Sequence record: PP793740.1
DNA length: 64,000 nt
Strand: one strand, 5' to 3'
Positions 37,957-47,765 of this stretch are shown here, one piece after another; the first letter of the stretch is position 1, and each line of letters opens with the position of its first letter. The translations under genes and the position numbers were made by a program. The notes under the pieces were generated by a model. It was given only the letters and a program-made list of their open reading frames with translations, ran no database searches and was not told where the DNA came from.

Positions 37957-40110
37957 ATGGACGTTATACTTTTCAATAGTGATTGGGATAAATACTACAG
38001 CGCTAGTGTTGATCTTACTACTAAAAATAAATCTTTTATAAAGTTAGCCTTGACTTATAAAAAGATGGGTATTAAAAATTACAAATTTATACTAGCTATA
38101 TTGGACCAAGGTTTAATTGGGGTGGATCCATATGACCCTAATCTTAGCGAAGAAATGAAGTTTCGTATTAACATGGAATGCAAATATAATCCTTGGTATT
38201 TTTTTAGGGAAGTGGCAAGAATCCCCCCTAACTCGGGTAATAACCCAATTCCATTCCAAGCTAACCGTGGTAATATTGCTTTATTCTGGTGTTATTTCAA
38301 TCACGTAGATTTTGGTTTATTACAGCCTCGTCAGACAGGTAAGTCCGTATCAACTGACGTGCTCAATACAGGCATGATGTATATCTGGGGTGAGAACACT
38401 AAGATTAACCTTATTACTAAAGATAACAAACTACGCAATGCTAACATCGAGCGTCTAAAAGTAATGCGTGATTTGTTACCAGAGTATATCCACTATACTG
38501 ATCCATTAGATGCGGATAACTCCGAATTGATGACATGTATTAGATTAGGTAATAGGTATCTAACAGCTGTTGGTCGAAATGATGTTAACGCAGCTGATAA
38601 ATTAGGTCGTGGTCTTACAGTACCAAATATGCACTTTGACGAACTTGCATATATTAATTTAATTGGTGTTTCACTACCTGTTGCACTTGCGTCAGGTTCA
38701 GCAGCTCGTGATGAAGCTCGCCGTGAGAACCAGCCTTATGGTAACATCTATACAACTACAGCTGGTAACATCACTACCCGTGATGGTGAATTTGCATATC
38801 ACTTCTTAACAGGTGGCTGCCCATGGTCAGAGGAATTCTTTGATCTACCAGATCAGAAAACTCTACATCGTGTTGTAGAAAAAGGCACTACTGGAAAGAA
38901 ACCTCTAGTTTATGGTGCATTTAACCACCGTCAATTAGGACGTACCGATGAGTGGTTATATAACACACTTCGTGAATCAGGTTCATTCGGTGAAATTGCC
39001 GATAGGGACTTCTTCAATATTTGGACAGTTGGTGGTGAAGGTTCACCCTTATCACCAGATGAGAAAGATAAACTTAAAAACAATATGCGTGAGCCAAGCT
39101 GGACAGAAATCACGGATGATGGTTATACACTTCGTTGGTATATACCAAAAGATGAAGTAGCCTCACGGATGATGAAGGGTAGGTTCGTTATGGGTACCGA
39201 CCCATCTGAACTTCTTGGTGAAGATAATGACGCCACTGGCACAGTTGTAGTTGACGTAGAAACACATGAGGTTATGTGTGTTGGTAGATACAATGAATCA
39301 TCAGTGCCATCAATGGGTAATTTCTTTGCAACAATGCTATTGAGATATCCTAATATTCTTTGGATACCAGAACGTAAATCAATAGGTATATCGTTAATTG
39401 ACCATGTTATCTTGATTCTACATACTAAAGGAGTAGATCCATTCCGGCGTATCTTTAACAGAATTGTCAATGAATCATCAGAAAGAGAAAATGATTTCAG
39501 AGACATTCAAACTCCGTTATCAACAAGACAACCATCGTTCTATGATAGGTTTAAACGTTATTTTGGCTATGCAACGTCAGGTACTGGCGAGTATTCTCGT
39601 GATAATCTATTTAAGGTGGCATTACCATCAGCAATGCATTATGGGGTAAGGACCATCTATGATAAACCACTTAGCACGGAGTTATTAGCACTTACTATCC
39701 GTAATGGTAGAATTGACCATGCTAAGGGGAACCATGATGACTTAGTGGTATCATTATTATTAGCTCATTGGTTATTAATACAAGGTAAGAATTTATCTTA
39801 TTATGGTATCAATGTTCCCATCTTAGGTAAATCAAAATTACGTGATAAAGAACCAAGTCAACTTGAAAAATATCATGAAGAGAAAGAACAGCAAGGTCGC
39901 AAAGAATTTGAAGAGATAATTGAACAGCTTCGCGGTGAAAAGAACCCGATGATTGCAGCTAAATTAGAAATGCGTTTGAAACAATTGTCTAAACGTGTTA
40001 ATATTGATGATAGCAGTGGTGTAGGTATTGATGCCATGTTAAATCAAGCTCGTACAGAGCGTACACGTAGAGTGCGTATTAACAGATATTCTAGAAATAG
40101 TTGGTATTAA
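37957..40110 (+). CDS. terL: Terminase large subunit (phiKZ gp25)
   Basis: Walker A PRQTGKS, Walker B MHFDE, nuclease GTDPS and HDDLVVS; 717 aa. Confidence 0.93.
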   Translation: MDVILFNSDWDKYYSASVDLTTKNKSFIKLALTYKKMGIKNYKFILAILDQGLIGVDPYDPNLSEEMKFRINMECKYNPWYFFREVARIPPNSGNNPIPFQANRGNIALFWCYFNHVDFGLLQPRQTGKSVSTDVLNTGMMYIWGENTKINLITKDNKLRNANIERLKVMRDLLPEYIHYTDPLDADNSELMTCIRLGNRYLTAVGRNDVNAADKLGRGLTVPNMHFDELAYINLIGVSLPVALASGSAARDEARRENQPYGNIYTTTAGNITTRDGEFAYHFLTGGCPWSEEFFDLPDQKTLHRVVEKGTTGKKPLVYGAFNHRQLGRTDEWLYNTLRESGSFGEIADRDFFNIWTVGGEGSPLSPDEKDKLKNNMREPSWTEITDDGYTLRWYIPKDEVASRMMKGRFVMGTDPSELLGEDNDATGTVVVDVETHEVMCVGRYNESSVPSMGNFFATMLLRYPNILWIPERKSIGISLIDHVILILHTKGVDPFRRIFNRIVNESSERENDFRDIQTPLSTRQPSFYDRFKRYFGYATSGTGEYSRDNLFKVALPSAMHYGVRTIYDKPLSTELLALTIRNGRIDHAKGNHDDLVVSLLLAHWLLIQGKNLSYYGINVPILGKSKLRDKEPSQLEKYHEEKEQQGRKEFEEIIEQLRGEKNPMIAAKLEMRLKQLSKRVNIDDSSGVGIDAMLNQARTERTRRVRINRYSRNSWY

Positions 40111-40132
40111 ACAAAAAAAAATAATAATACGT

Positions 40133-40157
40133 TACCCTCTTCGCAATGAAGAGGGTA
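40133..40157. terminator. Bidirectional terminator
   Basis: TACCCTCTTC-GCAAT-GAAGAGGGTA. Confidence 0.8.
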
Positions 40158-40164
40158 TTTGAAG

Positions 40165-40449
40165 TTAAGCAACTCTAGCGAACAAAAGATTACTGGAGTT
40201 AGAATTAATATGATAGTTAGACGATCCGTCAATCCATTTAGCATCGGAAATCTTGTTTACAAGCTGACCATCGCCAATGTAACCTAGGAAAGTTTTATTA
40301 TCATATACAGCAATTTTGATTAGCTCATTTCGTCCGTAGACTAGTGGCTTACCATTGAATGCTGTTACTTCTAAACCAGACATGTATCCATAAATTGGAT
40401 CAGGTCTGGAACTTGTTTCAAAGACTTTCATTCGAAGTCTCCTCTGCAA
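40165..40449 (-). CDS. Hypothetical protein
   Basis: 94-aa ORF; likely start MKVFETSS after GAGG. Confidence 0.6.
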   Translation of the reverse strand: MQRRLRMKVFETSSRPDPIYGYMSGLEVTAFNGKPLVYGRNELIKIAVYDNKTFLGYIGDGQLVNKISDAKWIDGSSNYHINSNSSNLLFARVA

Positions 40450-40497
40450 GAAAGCCCATTTTGGGCAAAAATGTCAAGCTTAAACTTGACGACATAT

Positions 40498-40523
40498 AGC
40501 CCTCCTGGTGCGACAGGAGGGCT
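40498..40523 (-). terminator. Terminator hairpin
   Basis: AGCCCTCCTG/CAGGAGGGCT. Confidence 0.75.
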
Positions 40524-40714
40524 AATCTTTTCAGAACGTACGGTGTTGTTATAATACTGCTAGCGAAAATACCCATGATAGGTAAGTAGCTAATCCGCAG
40601 TTCTCTTGGATGATACCTACTGACAGTGTAGTCGCGAATGCGCTGTTTGGAACCCCACTGGTTTAGCGGCCAGTGGGAATTCCTTTTATGCCGTCTCGAC
40701 CTTCTTTACTGAGT

Positions 40715-40930
40715 TTAGGAAAAATTGAAAACGATTTCATTATCATGCCATTCCCAGGTGGCCACAATGATAGATTCATCACTCCGCTTCAACAGCTTAC
40801 CCTGACCAAGTACATGTTGGTCGATCCACGTCAGTGGTCGACCTTCTTGTTCGGCCAATGCATTTAATACGGCTCCATAAGTACCAGCCTTATAATTACC
40901 ATAAGGACCATTATACATTTTCATTGACAT
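40715..40930 (-). CDS. Small hypothetical protein
   Basis: 71 aa, RBS AAAGGA. Confidence 0.6.
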   Translation of the reverse strand: MSMKMYNGPYGNYKAGTYGAVLNALAEQEGRPLTWIDQHVLGQGKLLKRSDESIIVATWEWHDNEIVFNFS

Positions 40931-41007
40931 GAGTTAATTTCCTTTAACAGCTACAAATGGTCTTGTTACTGAACTCGAAGATTGAATGCATCTTGTCCAT
41001 GATGACC

Positions 41008-41343
41008 TCAGATATTTACCATGTTCATGAATTCGGCGTAGTTATAGCCAGTATTCATGTCGAGGTAGTCTTGTTCGACCATGTCGTCATTCAGGTACTT
41101 GACGTAAGCCTCGGCGTGAGCAGTGGCTACCGACTTGGTGAAGAAGTAACGAGCGTGTTGACGGTTCTGTTCGAATCGACGCAGATTAGTAGTGGCCTGA
41201 CCGCCGAAACCATTGACCTCCATTACCCCGTAAACAGTACGATCATCCAAAGTAGTGATCTGTGCAATCACTACACGAGAAGCATTTTCCGAATGGTCGA
41301 TGAACGTCATACTGTAAATCTCGATTTCTTTGAAGTCTTCCAT
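41008..41343 (-). CDS. Hypothetical protein
   Basis: 111 aa, RBS AGGA. Confidence 0.7.
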   Translation of the reverse strand: MEDFKEIEIYSMTFIDHSENASRVVIAQITTLDDRTVYGVMEVNGFGGQATTNLRRFEQNRQHARYFFTKSVATAHAEAYVKYLNDDMVEQDYLDMNTGYNYAEFMNMVNI

Positions 41344-41489
41344 TAGAATTTCCTGTTAAGAAATGAATAGACAATCCCTACCCGAAGGGAGGGGCCTTAT
41401 ATCGTTACTTGCTGTGAAGATTTTTCTCGCGTACAGCGTCTGTTAACTGACGTGGCGGGTTGAGTTGATCTGACAGGAGCTTCCGGAGG

Positions 41490-41747
41490 TTATCCAGACC
41501 GATTACTTTCTTCTTGGATATTGAGATTATTCTCTTTAAGTAATTTGTTGAGGTGGTATTTAACCTCCACCCATTCTAACCTACCCACGTCAATCCACTT
41601 CCGATAACCAGGAGCAGCAGGTTTGAGGACCTGGGTTTTCCAGCGCTGAAATCGGAAGTTGCCGACACGGATATCGGTGCTCTCAACAAAGCGAGGTGGG
41701 AGTATACCGAGGTCAGTCAGTATCCCTCGTAGCTTGTTAGAGTTCAT
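41490..41747 (-). CDS. Hypothetical protein
   Basis: 85 aa, coupled start. Confidence 0.6.
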   Translation of the reverse strand: MNSNKLRGILTDLGILPPRFVESTDIRVGNFRFQRWKTQVLKPAAPGYRKWIDVGRLEWVEVKYHLNKLLKENNLNIQEESNRSG

Positions 41748-41887
41748 CAGTAAGAACGCCTTGAGTTTCGAACACCGAAATGATCGATCATTCGTTGGAA
41801 CAACTTGCCAAACGAGAACTTTTCATACTCGCAGTCGATATGGAGGACATCAACGGTGTCCACCGGTGGATTATAACTACTGCTCAT
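41747..41887 (-). CDS. Small hypothetical protein
   Basis: Likely start MSSSYNPP after AAGGAG; 46 aa. Confidence 0.5.
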   Translation of the reverse strand: MSSSYNPPVDTVDVLHIDCEYEKFSFGKLFQRMIDHFGVRNSRRSY

Positions 41888-42215
41888 TGGCCATCTCCTT
41901 ACGTTTGTTTTTGGCCCAGTTCTTTTCATAATCGGAACGGATGAACTTAGCGCCGTTGGCATTTAGCCAGTAACGCTCCCCTTTGAAATAACGTTCTCGT
42001 TTAGCACGGGTCAAGCGAAGAGGATCGAACATATCTTGTTCCTGACACATGAATCGATTACGCAAGAAGCAGTTATCATTCAGGATTCGAACCGAGTACA
42101 GTTGACCAAGCCGGCAGTTAGCCAACTCAGCTTTCTCGGTACGTAGCCGAGTTTCGTATTTCTTTGCATCTTCGTGATGATTGCGAGGATGTTTCTTTCC
42201 AAGTTTCCTAGACAT
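41877..42215 (-). CDS. Basic hypothetical protein
   Basis: 112 aa, very K/R-rich. Confidence 0.65.
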   Translation of the reverse strand: MSRKLGKKHPRNHHEDAKKYETRLRTEKAELANCRLGQLYSVRILNDNCFLRNRFMCQEQDMFDPLRLTRAKRERYFKGERYWLNANGAKFIRSDYEKNWAKNKRKEMANEQ

Positions 42216-42226
42216 TATGTTTTTTC

Positions 42227-42532
42227 CTATTCTGTTGTTTTACGAAAAATCTTATCATGGAACGTCATTGCCAACACGACGCCTATCGAACCACCTAGAC
42301 CGCTGGATATGATAGCAGGAAGACCCACTATTACAAATAGTCCAATGGTGGTCAACTCAAGGGTACTGATACCCCATGAGGTGAAGAAAGCAGCTTTTTT
42401 GTACCCATGAAAGATGTTTCTTTGTTGAAAGGTTTTTACAAAGGCGTAGATGAATGATGTAGCTGTACTTAACAGTAGTAATATCCAGATAGGTAGATCA
42501 TGATTAATGTTAATCACTTCTCTTGTTCCCAC
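42227..42532 (-). CDS. Small multi-pass membrane protein
   Basis: Three to four hydrophobic segments and SGLGGSIGV glycine motif; start uncertain. Confidence 0.7.
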   Translation of the reverse strand: MGTREVININHDLPIWILLLLSTATSFIYAFVKTFQQRNIFHGYKKAAFFTSWGISTLELTTIGLFVIVGLPAIISSGLGGSIGVVLAMTFHDKIFRKTTE

Positions 42533-42582
42533 ACGGTGGGCTCACATTTAGTATGTTGGACATTATGATTATCTTCCAGTTG

Positions 42583-42870
42583 TTAGATATTGTGTTCCTT
42601 CGTATCGATGGCCGCCAGTGCCAAGATTTCGACATGATAAGGATGATCCACATTATGGCTGATACATGCCTCGCATTTGAAGATACGCCACATTCCATAC
42701 GAAGGCAGCTCGCGGTTTTTCACATAAACGTAGTCGTGCGCTGCCACGAGGTATTTTTGTTGAATCGAGAATTCACAAGTGATGTAACCTTTTTCACGGA
42801 TGAATTCTTGAGTCATCTGATCAAAAGTCTGTTTGAGTTCATCAGTAAGAGCGACTTGAGTTTCGAACAT
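42583..42870 (-). CDS. Hypothetical protein
   Basis: 95 aa, RBS AAAGGA. Confidence 0.7.
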   Translation of the reverse strand: MFETQVALTDELKQTFDQMTQEFIREKGYITCEFSIQQKYLVAAHDYVYVKNRELPSYGMWRIFKCEACISHNVDHPYHVEILALAAIDTKEHNI

Positions 42871-42927
42871 TGAAATATTCCTTTTGATATATTAAATAGT
42901 TTTGATTATTTCGGAGTTATTGAATAT

Positions 42928-43146
42928 TTAGGTTACCATCTGCTCTATATAGACTCGGCTGATTTCATTTAAGTAAGCGAGTGCCAATAGAATACCAGCC
43001 CAAATAACAATTTTTCGAGTAGTCTGTTTTTCTATTACACCTGGGTGTGATTCACGAATACTACGGTGACAAAATACATAAAACAGACATAGACTCATTG
43101 TAACAAAGATAATGGTAAACCATCCCAGATAGATCATTTTCTTCAC
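42928..43146 (-). CDS. Small two-TM membrane protein
   Basis: 72 aa with two hydrophobic helices. Confidence 0.65.
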   Translation of the reverse strand: MKKMIYLGWFTIIFVTMSLCLFYVFCHRSIRESHPGVIEKQTTRKIVIWAGILLALAYLNEISRVYIEQMVT

Positions 43147-43166
43147 CTATTTTTTATAAATAGAGT

Positions 43167-43496
43167 TTATAGTTTAGTTAGGCGGATGATTTCTTCTAAA
43201 GCTGCATCAACTTGATAATACGGCCATGAATCAACACGAGGTTCGTTATCAAAGTATGTCCAAAGTTGAATACCTTGGAGTTTATTGTAGAATACATTGA
43301 TTCTGATTCCTTCATGGCCAACAAGACCTTCAATGTAAGCTGCACCATGCACATACGTAACATGTAGTGCGTACTCGCTATCTTCACCAATGTATTGTAT
43401 AGGTCTGGAGTAGATGAAGGAATAAGGATTAAATGGATCAGCCTGAGTGATATGTTCGAAGAATTCTTTCAAACTAGATTTTTTCATATTGGACAT
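43167..43496 (-). CDS. Hypothetical protein
   Basis: 109 aa, RBS GAGGA. Confidence 0.7.
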   Translation of the reverse strand: MSNMKKSSLKEFFEHITQADPFNPYSFIYSRPIQYIGEDSEYALHVTYVHGAAYIEGLVGHEGIRINVFYNKLQGIQLWTYFDNEPRVDSWPYYQVDAALEEIIRLTKL

Positions 43497-43558
43497 TATA
43501 TTTTCCTCATGATTTATTAAGTATACCTCCTAGAAGATAGACTTAATACTATTCGATG

Positions 43559-43951
43559 TTATTTTAAGACACCTGCCTTGTAACCTTTAACAACAGTTCT
43601 AGCTTCTAATGCACTGATTTCGCCAATGTGTTTACGCAGTGCTTTAATAGCGTTGATGGTAGGTTCATTATCCGCGATATGTCGCCAGTTTCCCTTACCC
43701 TTAATGAGTTCAACATCCTGGACATATAGACCATCTTTAACTAGATCCATTGTTTCTACCAACTTTTCGACTTCTTTAGTTAGATGCGTATGAAGACTGG
43801 CGAGGGACATGTCAGTCATTTGATGCACATCATAGAGAAAATCCCTATTATCAGAAGACGATAAAATTTCTTTGGTGAGTTTATTTACAGTGTCAATGTT
43901 TGCTGCAATTGAAACTAGCAGTGCGGCATATTTCTCTGCATTATAATTCAT
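43559..43951 (-). CDS. Hypothetical protein with L7/L12 C-terminal-like tail
   Basis: 130 aa; INAIKALRKHIGEISALEARTVV resembles the L7/L12 C-terminal signature (KI.AIK..R...G..L.EAK..V). Confidence 0.65.
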   Translation of the reverse strand: MNYNAEKYAALLVSIAANIDTVNKLTKEILSSSDNRDFLYDVHQMTDMSLASLHTHLTKEVEKLVETMDLVKDGLYVQDVELIKGKGNWRHIADNEPTINAIKALRKHIGEISALEARTVVKGYKAGVLK

Positions 43952-43979
43952 TAATACGTATTCCTATTTAAAATTGGAT

Positions 43980-44123
43980 TTAGTGTAATGCGGTAATACT
44001 GCGAATATCTAATTCATGTAAATCATATTTCTTTAGGAACTCATTCACCGCTTGCTGAATGGTGTACCCACTCGGAGATTCCCACTGAGTACCATTAAAA
44101 GCAATAATACGATAACCTACCAT
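43980..44123 (-). CDS. Small hypothetical protein (47 aa, not in ORF track)
   Basis: RBS AGAGGA; MVGYRIIAFNGTQWESPSGYTIQQAVNEFLKKYDLHELDIRSITALH. Confidence 0.6.
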   Translation of the reverse strand: MVGYRIIAFNGTQWESPSGYTIQQAVNEFLKKYDLHELDIRSITALH

Positions 44124-44147
44124 TTTTTATTCCTCTAATCACAAAAT

Positions 44148-44173
44148 AAATACCCTCCCGAAGGAGGGTATTT
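44148..44173 (-). terminator. Terminator
   Basis: AAATACCCTCC-UUCG-GGAGGGTATTT. Confidence 0.8.
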
Positions 44174-44179
44174 ATATCG

Positions 44180-44659
44180 TTACCAATTGATTACAGCGAC
44201 AAACTCAAATACCCGACACAATTCTTTATCACGATGGGCATGATGAAAAGATTTACCTTCAATACCGCAATACGGATAAAACAATTTTCGGTGTTCCGTG
44301 TCGCCGAACCAGAAGGTGGTGTTATTGGAATCAACCACACCATGGATAGCCACATCACGAATGTACTGAAATACATGAACTGCCTTATCAGTGATCACTC
44401 GCAGTTCTACACCGTGTTCCTTCATCATAGCCAGGATGTCTTCCTTGGTGTAATCTGCTTGTTCAGCATTGGTCATGATCTTGTGAGTCAGAGAACGCTT
44501 TTCCTTGTCACCGAAACAGATACAGACCAATTGCACCAACTGACCTTCTACCTTGAGACCACTGGTCGGTTTTAGTAGAACGAACTCATCATATTTGTAA
44601 TCATTGGTGACAATCAGTGCCGACTTATTGCGAGTGACAATACCTAAGCTATACGACAT
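44180..44659 (-). CDS. Hypothetical protein
   Basis: 159 aa, RBS AAGGA. Confidence 0.7.
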   Translation of the reverse strand: MSYSLGIVTRNKSALIVTNDYKYDEFVLLKPTSGLKVEGQLVQLVCICFGDKEKRSLTHKIMTNAEQADYTKEDILAMMKEHGVELRVITDKAVHVFQYIRDVAIHGVVDSNNTTFWFGDTEHRKLFYPYCGIEGKSFHHAHRDKELCRVFEFVAVINW

Positions 44660-44671
44660 AATTAATTTTCC

Positions 44672-45673
44672 TTATTTTAGAGTATGTTGGACCTTGTGGA
44701 TGTCTTCCAGGCTAGTACCCAGACCAGAAGCCATGTAGATATGTTCCTGGCCTACACGCTTGTGGAAACCAAGCAGAGCATCTACCGGATTTTCAATGGG
44801 GAAGTATTCGGTATTGTTGCAGTCCCAAGCAAACTCCCATTCTCCATCACGAATCTCTATTTTGTTAGCACTGAGGTAAGTGATATTGATGGTATTTACA
44901 GTGGCATTACCACCAATGAGGTAGTACGATCCTTCATTGCTACGAACATCGATCCTACCGCCATCGATAGTGTCCTGATAGTAGAAACCACGGTCGAAGA
45001 ATAACTTCAGCATCGAAGTGAAGTAGCTGTTCAATACAGCTTGAGCATCTTTCTCTTCGACCACCCATTTTCCATCAACGATGTTATTCAGGTAATTACG
45101 ATCATGATTGATCCCGACATTATCCACGATGTCAGCGTAGTTCTTATGGAACTTAGCAATCTCGTACAAACGTTCCAGAGTAGCAAAACGGAAAGGACTG
45201 GTGGGATGCAGAGCCAGAATGATCCGACCTACGCTCCACAAACCGGTCCCGTTGACCTCGTAACTTTCTTCGAGGTAACCTTTGATACCACAGTTAACTT
45301 CAAGTTCATCTGCTGGGAAACCGGTGCGGAGCCGCCTACGGATAGCCAATAGTACCGATTCGGATTCTTCCGGATCGAACAGATCTATGCCGAAAGTAAT
45401 CCAGCTACCACGTACTTTGTGCTGGTATGCCAGGCGTACAGTATCACCGAATGGAGAAATGAACCAGCGTTCGTCTTCCGATACGACCAAATGGCAACCA
45501 CATTGCCACAGGGTACTTAGAGGATCATTAGAGGCGAGAATGCGCTTGGTGTCGTTCATATCCGACGAAGTAGCATCTGGACTGCCATGTAGGTGTGTCA
45601 GAATAAACAGAAGCGATGATTCTGTAGTTTGAGCACTCAACATTGCGCGAGTGATGGTTGCATTGATGATCAT
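44672..45673 (-). CDS. Hypothetical protein
   Basis: 333 aa, RBS AAGGAAG. Confidence 0.75.
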   Translation of the reverse strand: MIINATITRAMLSAQTTESSLLFILTHLHGSPDATSSDMNDTKRILASNDPLSTLWQCGCHLVVSEDERWFISPFGDTVRLAYQHKVRGSWITFGIDLFDPEESESVLLAIRRRLRTGFPADELEVNCGIKGYLEESYEVNGTGLWSVGRIILALHPTSPFRFATLERLYEIAKFHKNYADIVDNVGINHDRNYLNNIVDGKWVVEEKDAQAVLNSYFTSMLKLFFDRGFYYQDTIDGGRIDVRSNEGSYYLIGGNATVNTINITYLSANKIEIRDGEWEFAWDCNNTEYFPIENPVDALLGFHKRVGQEHIYMASGLGTSLEDIHKVQHTLK

Positions 45674-45744
45674 GAGATATCTTCCTTTTTACAGTTTATG
45701 AATATATTGCTAAATAAAAAAATATTACGATGTAGAAAATAAAA

Positions 45745-45762
45745 GGGAGTCCGAAGACTCCC
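45745..45762 (-). terminator. Terminator
   Basis: GGGAGTC-UUCG-GACTCCC plus U-run on minus strand. Confidence 0.85.
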
Positions 45763-45777
45763 ATTATTGCGTGTAAT

Positions 45778-46890
45778 CTATTTGATGATAACCGCTTTAG
45801 AAAGAGTTTCCATACTTCCAATAACTAATTTGGATTTCTCTTCTTCAGGGTTCTCCATTGCTTCACGCAGGAGTTCACCAATAGTTTTGGGTTGAACATC
45901 ATCACTGATTTCACGCGAGCATGCCGAGTCGTCGTACATATCAAACACATTCAGATCATCATCATCCAGGGGCGTGCTGTCATTCCATGAATAGCTTGAT
46001 TCATCCGAGGTATCATCAGACTCACCATACTGTTCACTGAGGTCACGGTCCAGTTCAGCCTCATACATCTCGCTAATTGCTTTATCGTCTTCTTCTTGCG
46101 CCTTACGACGAGAAGTCTTGTAGAACGGAAGCAGGCGTTGCAGGACTTTATGGAACTTCTTCTTGCTGATCAACCAGCTAACAGAGTAGCGAGACAGCTT
46201 TACTTCAGCTGCTTTGATAGTCGGATCGGAGTACAGCGCCATGACTAGCTTGTCCAGTTTGTGCAGATGATCTTTAAACGAGTTTGCATAAGCAGGATGT
46301 TCCCGAAGAGTGAACATCACAAACGAACGCATGTCAGTGATATAGTACTGACTGTGATGTTTGTTGATTTCGATGTATACCGGATCTACTGCGCGGTTAT
46401 AATCGAATTCCTCTGCCCAGGTAAGGCTACGTACTTTAGTAGGACGAGGACCTTCTGCCCAACGAACAGTCGGATGTTTCTCACGGATGTTCCAACCATG
46501 ATTGCGATCATACTCGGTTGACTCTTCTTTGAACCAGGTGAAATTACCTTCACCGCGCGATACAATACCACGGCACCAACTGACGTTGATTGCCTTGTTA
46601 CGGCTTTCAGTAAGATCACAGGGCATGTCCAGAATAGCGACATAACTGTTATGACCATTGGCCACAACGCCGAGAACAGTAGCTTCGAATGTCTCGTAGC
46701 GCTGTCCAGGATACACACGTTCATTCTCATCCAGGTAACGGAGAGAACAGGACTCGAAGATTGCACGGGTACCAGCAGGGAAATGAGCGCGGCCGAAGGG
46801 GCTCTCGGCTTTACGTTCCTTGCGACGTTCGATAACCCATTCCAGTTTTTCTTTGGTCAGACGGGTGGTGGGTTCGCGATATTGTTTCAT
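45778..46890 (-). CDS. Early protein with acidic disordered tail; candidate orthologue of ribosome-binding phiKZ014
   Basis: 370 aa from MKQYRE (RBS AAGGA); basic core plus D/E/S-rich C-terminus; identity from size and position only. Confidence 0.55.
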   Translation of the reverse strand: MKQYREPTTRLTKEKLEWVIERRKERKAESPFGRAHFPAGTRAIFESCSLRYLDENERVYPGQRYETFEATVLGVVANGHNSYVAILDMPCDLTESRNKAINVSWCRGIVSRGEGNFTWFKEESTEYDRNHGWNIREKHPTVRWAEGPRPTKVRSLTWAEEFDYNRAVDPVYIEINKHHSQYYITDMRSFVMFTLREHPAYANSFKDHLHKLDKLVMALYSDPTIKAAEVKLSRYSVSWLISKKKFHKVLQRLLPFYKTSRRKAQEEDDKAISEMYEAELDRDLSEQYGESDDTSDESSYSWNDSTPLDDDDLNVFDMYDDSACSREISDDVQPKTIGELLREAMENPEEEKSKLVIGSMETLSKAVIIK

Positions 46891-46962
46891 GGTAATTTCC
46901 TTTTTACATTTGGGTTTAGTTGAGTACATCTCAATGCATCCTTTCCAAGACACATTGAGATG

Positions 46963-46980
46963 GGGTCTCCGAAGAGACCC
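46963..46980 (-). terminator. Terminator
   Basis: GGGTCTC-UUCG-GAGACCC. Confidence 0.75.
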
Positions 46981-46985
46981 ATCTA

Positions 46986-47588
46986 TTATTCCTGGGTCAG
47001 TTCCCCAAGACGACCTTCAGCTTTCATACGGCGGATTTCCGAAATGGACTTACCGTATTTTTCAGCCAGTTCCTTTACGGTGCCTTCAGGGGCAGGTTTA
47101 CTCATGTTGCGAAAGTTTTGCTTGGCGATGTTGTAGTTTTGAGCTTGAAGAGTTCTCAGCTCAGAACGAACCAGAGCATTGCCAATGCACTGAGAGGTGA
47201 AAGTGACCATGAAAGACTTCAGCTTATCACGGTACGTATTGACCCATGCACAGGATTCATCCACGTGCGTGCACATGTACTCGGCGGCTTTGGCATATTC
47301 CAACAAGCCGACTGCATCGGGACCTTCGTCCTGATAGACCATCTTGTTGAACAGGCCCAGGGCGATATCGGAGGAACGCTCACCTTTTATGAAGGCGATG
47401 GCGTCTTCGATGATCTTGGTTTCCAGGTCTTTGTACTTGACCGGGTCGTTCTTGATCAACAGTAGCATGGCGTCGACCTTAACAGTCAAACCCATGTCGG
47501 CACCGCGTCGATCGATCAACTCGTTGTGCTGTTTCTGCGTGAACACGGGATCCATGTTCTTGAAAGCTTTCAGGAGACGCTGTTCCAT
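46986..47588 (-). CDS. Hypothetical early protein with C-terminal short HTH-like segment
   Basis: 200 aa ending TVKELAEKYGKSISEIRRMK. Confidence 0.75.
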   Translation of the reverse strand: MEQRLLKAFKNMDPVFTQKQHNELIDRRGADMGLTVKVDAMLLLIKNDPVKYKDLETKIIEDAIAFIKGERSSDIALGLFNKMVYQDEGPDAVGLLEYAKAAEYMCTHVDESCAWVNTYRDKLKSFMVTFTSQCIGNALVRSELRTLQAQNYNIAKQNFRNMSKPAPEGTVKELAEKYGKSISEIRRMKAEGRLGELTQE

Positions 47589-47765
47589 TTACTTGTCCTC
47601 TTTGACGTTGAATGCGTACATGGTGCATTTCGGCTTAGCCGGGTGTTGGCACCACTCTTTAGATACATTGCCCTCAGGTTTAGTGAGATCGTAATAGAAC
47701 TCACCACCTGCGGCAGCGATACCCATCAGTACTGCAATGAATCCCATTCCGATCTTTACTTTCAT
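47589..47765 (-). CDS. Small membrane/exported protein (58 aa, not in ORF track)
   Basis: MKVKIGMGFIAVLMGIAAAGGEFYYDL...WCQHPAKPKCTMY; coupled to both neighbours. Confidence 0.65.
   Translation of the reverse strand: MKVKIGMGFIAVLMGIAAAGGEFYYDLTKPEGNVSKEWCQHPAKPKCTMYAFNVKEDK

Noticed and set aside
42510-42873. Overlapping ORFs 42510..42698 (-) and 42523..42873 (+)
   Set aside because: Alternative-frame or antisense to 42583..42870, which has the RBS; a 17-aa MSNILN micro-ORF is possible but unsupported
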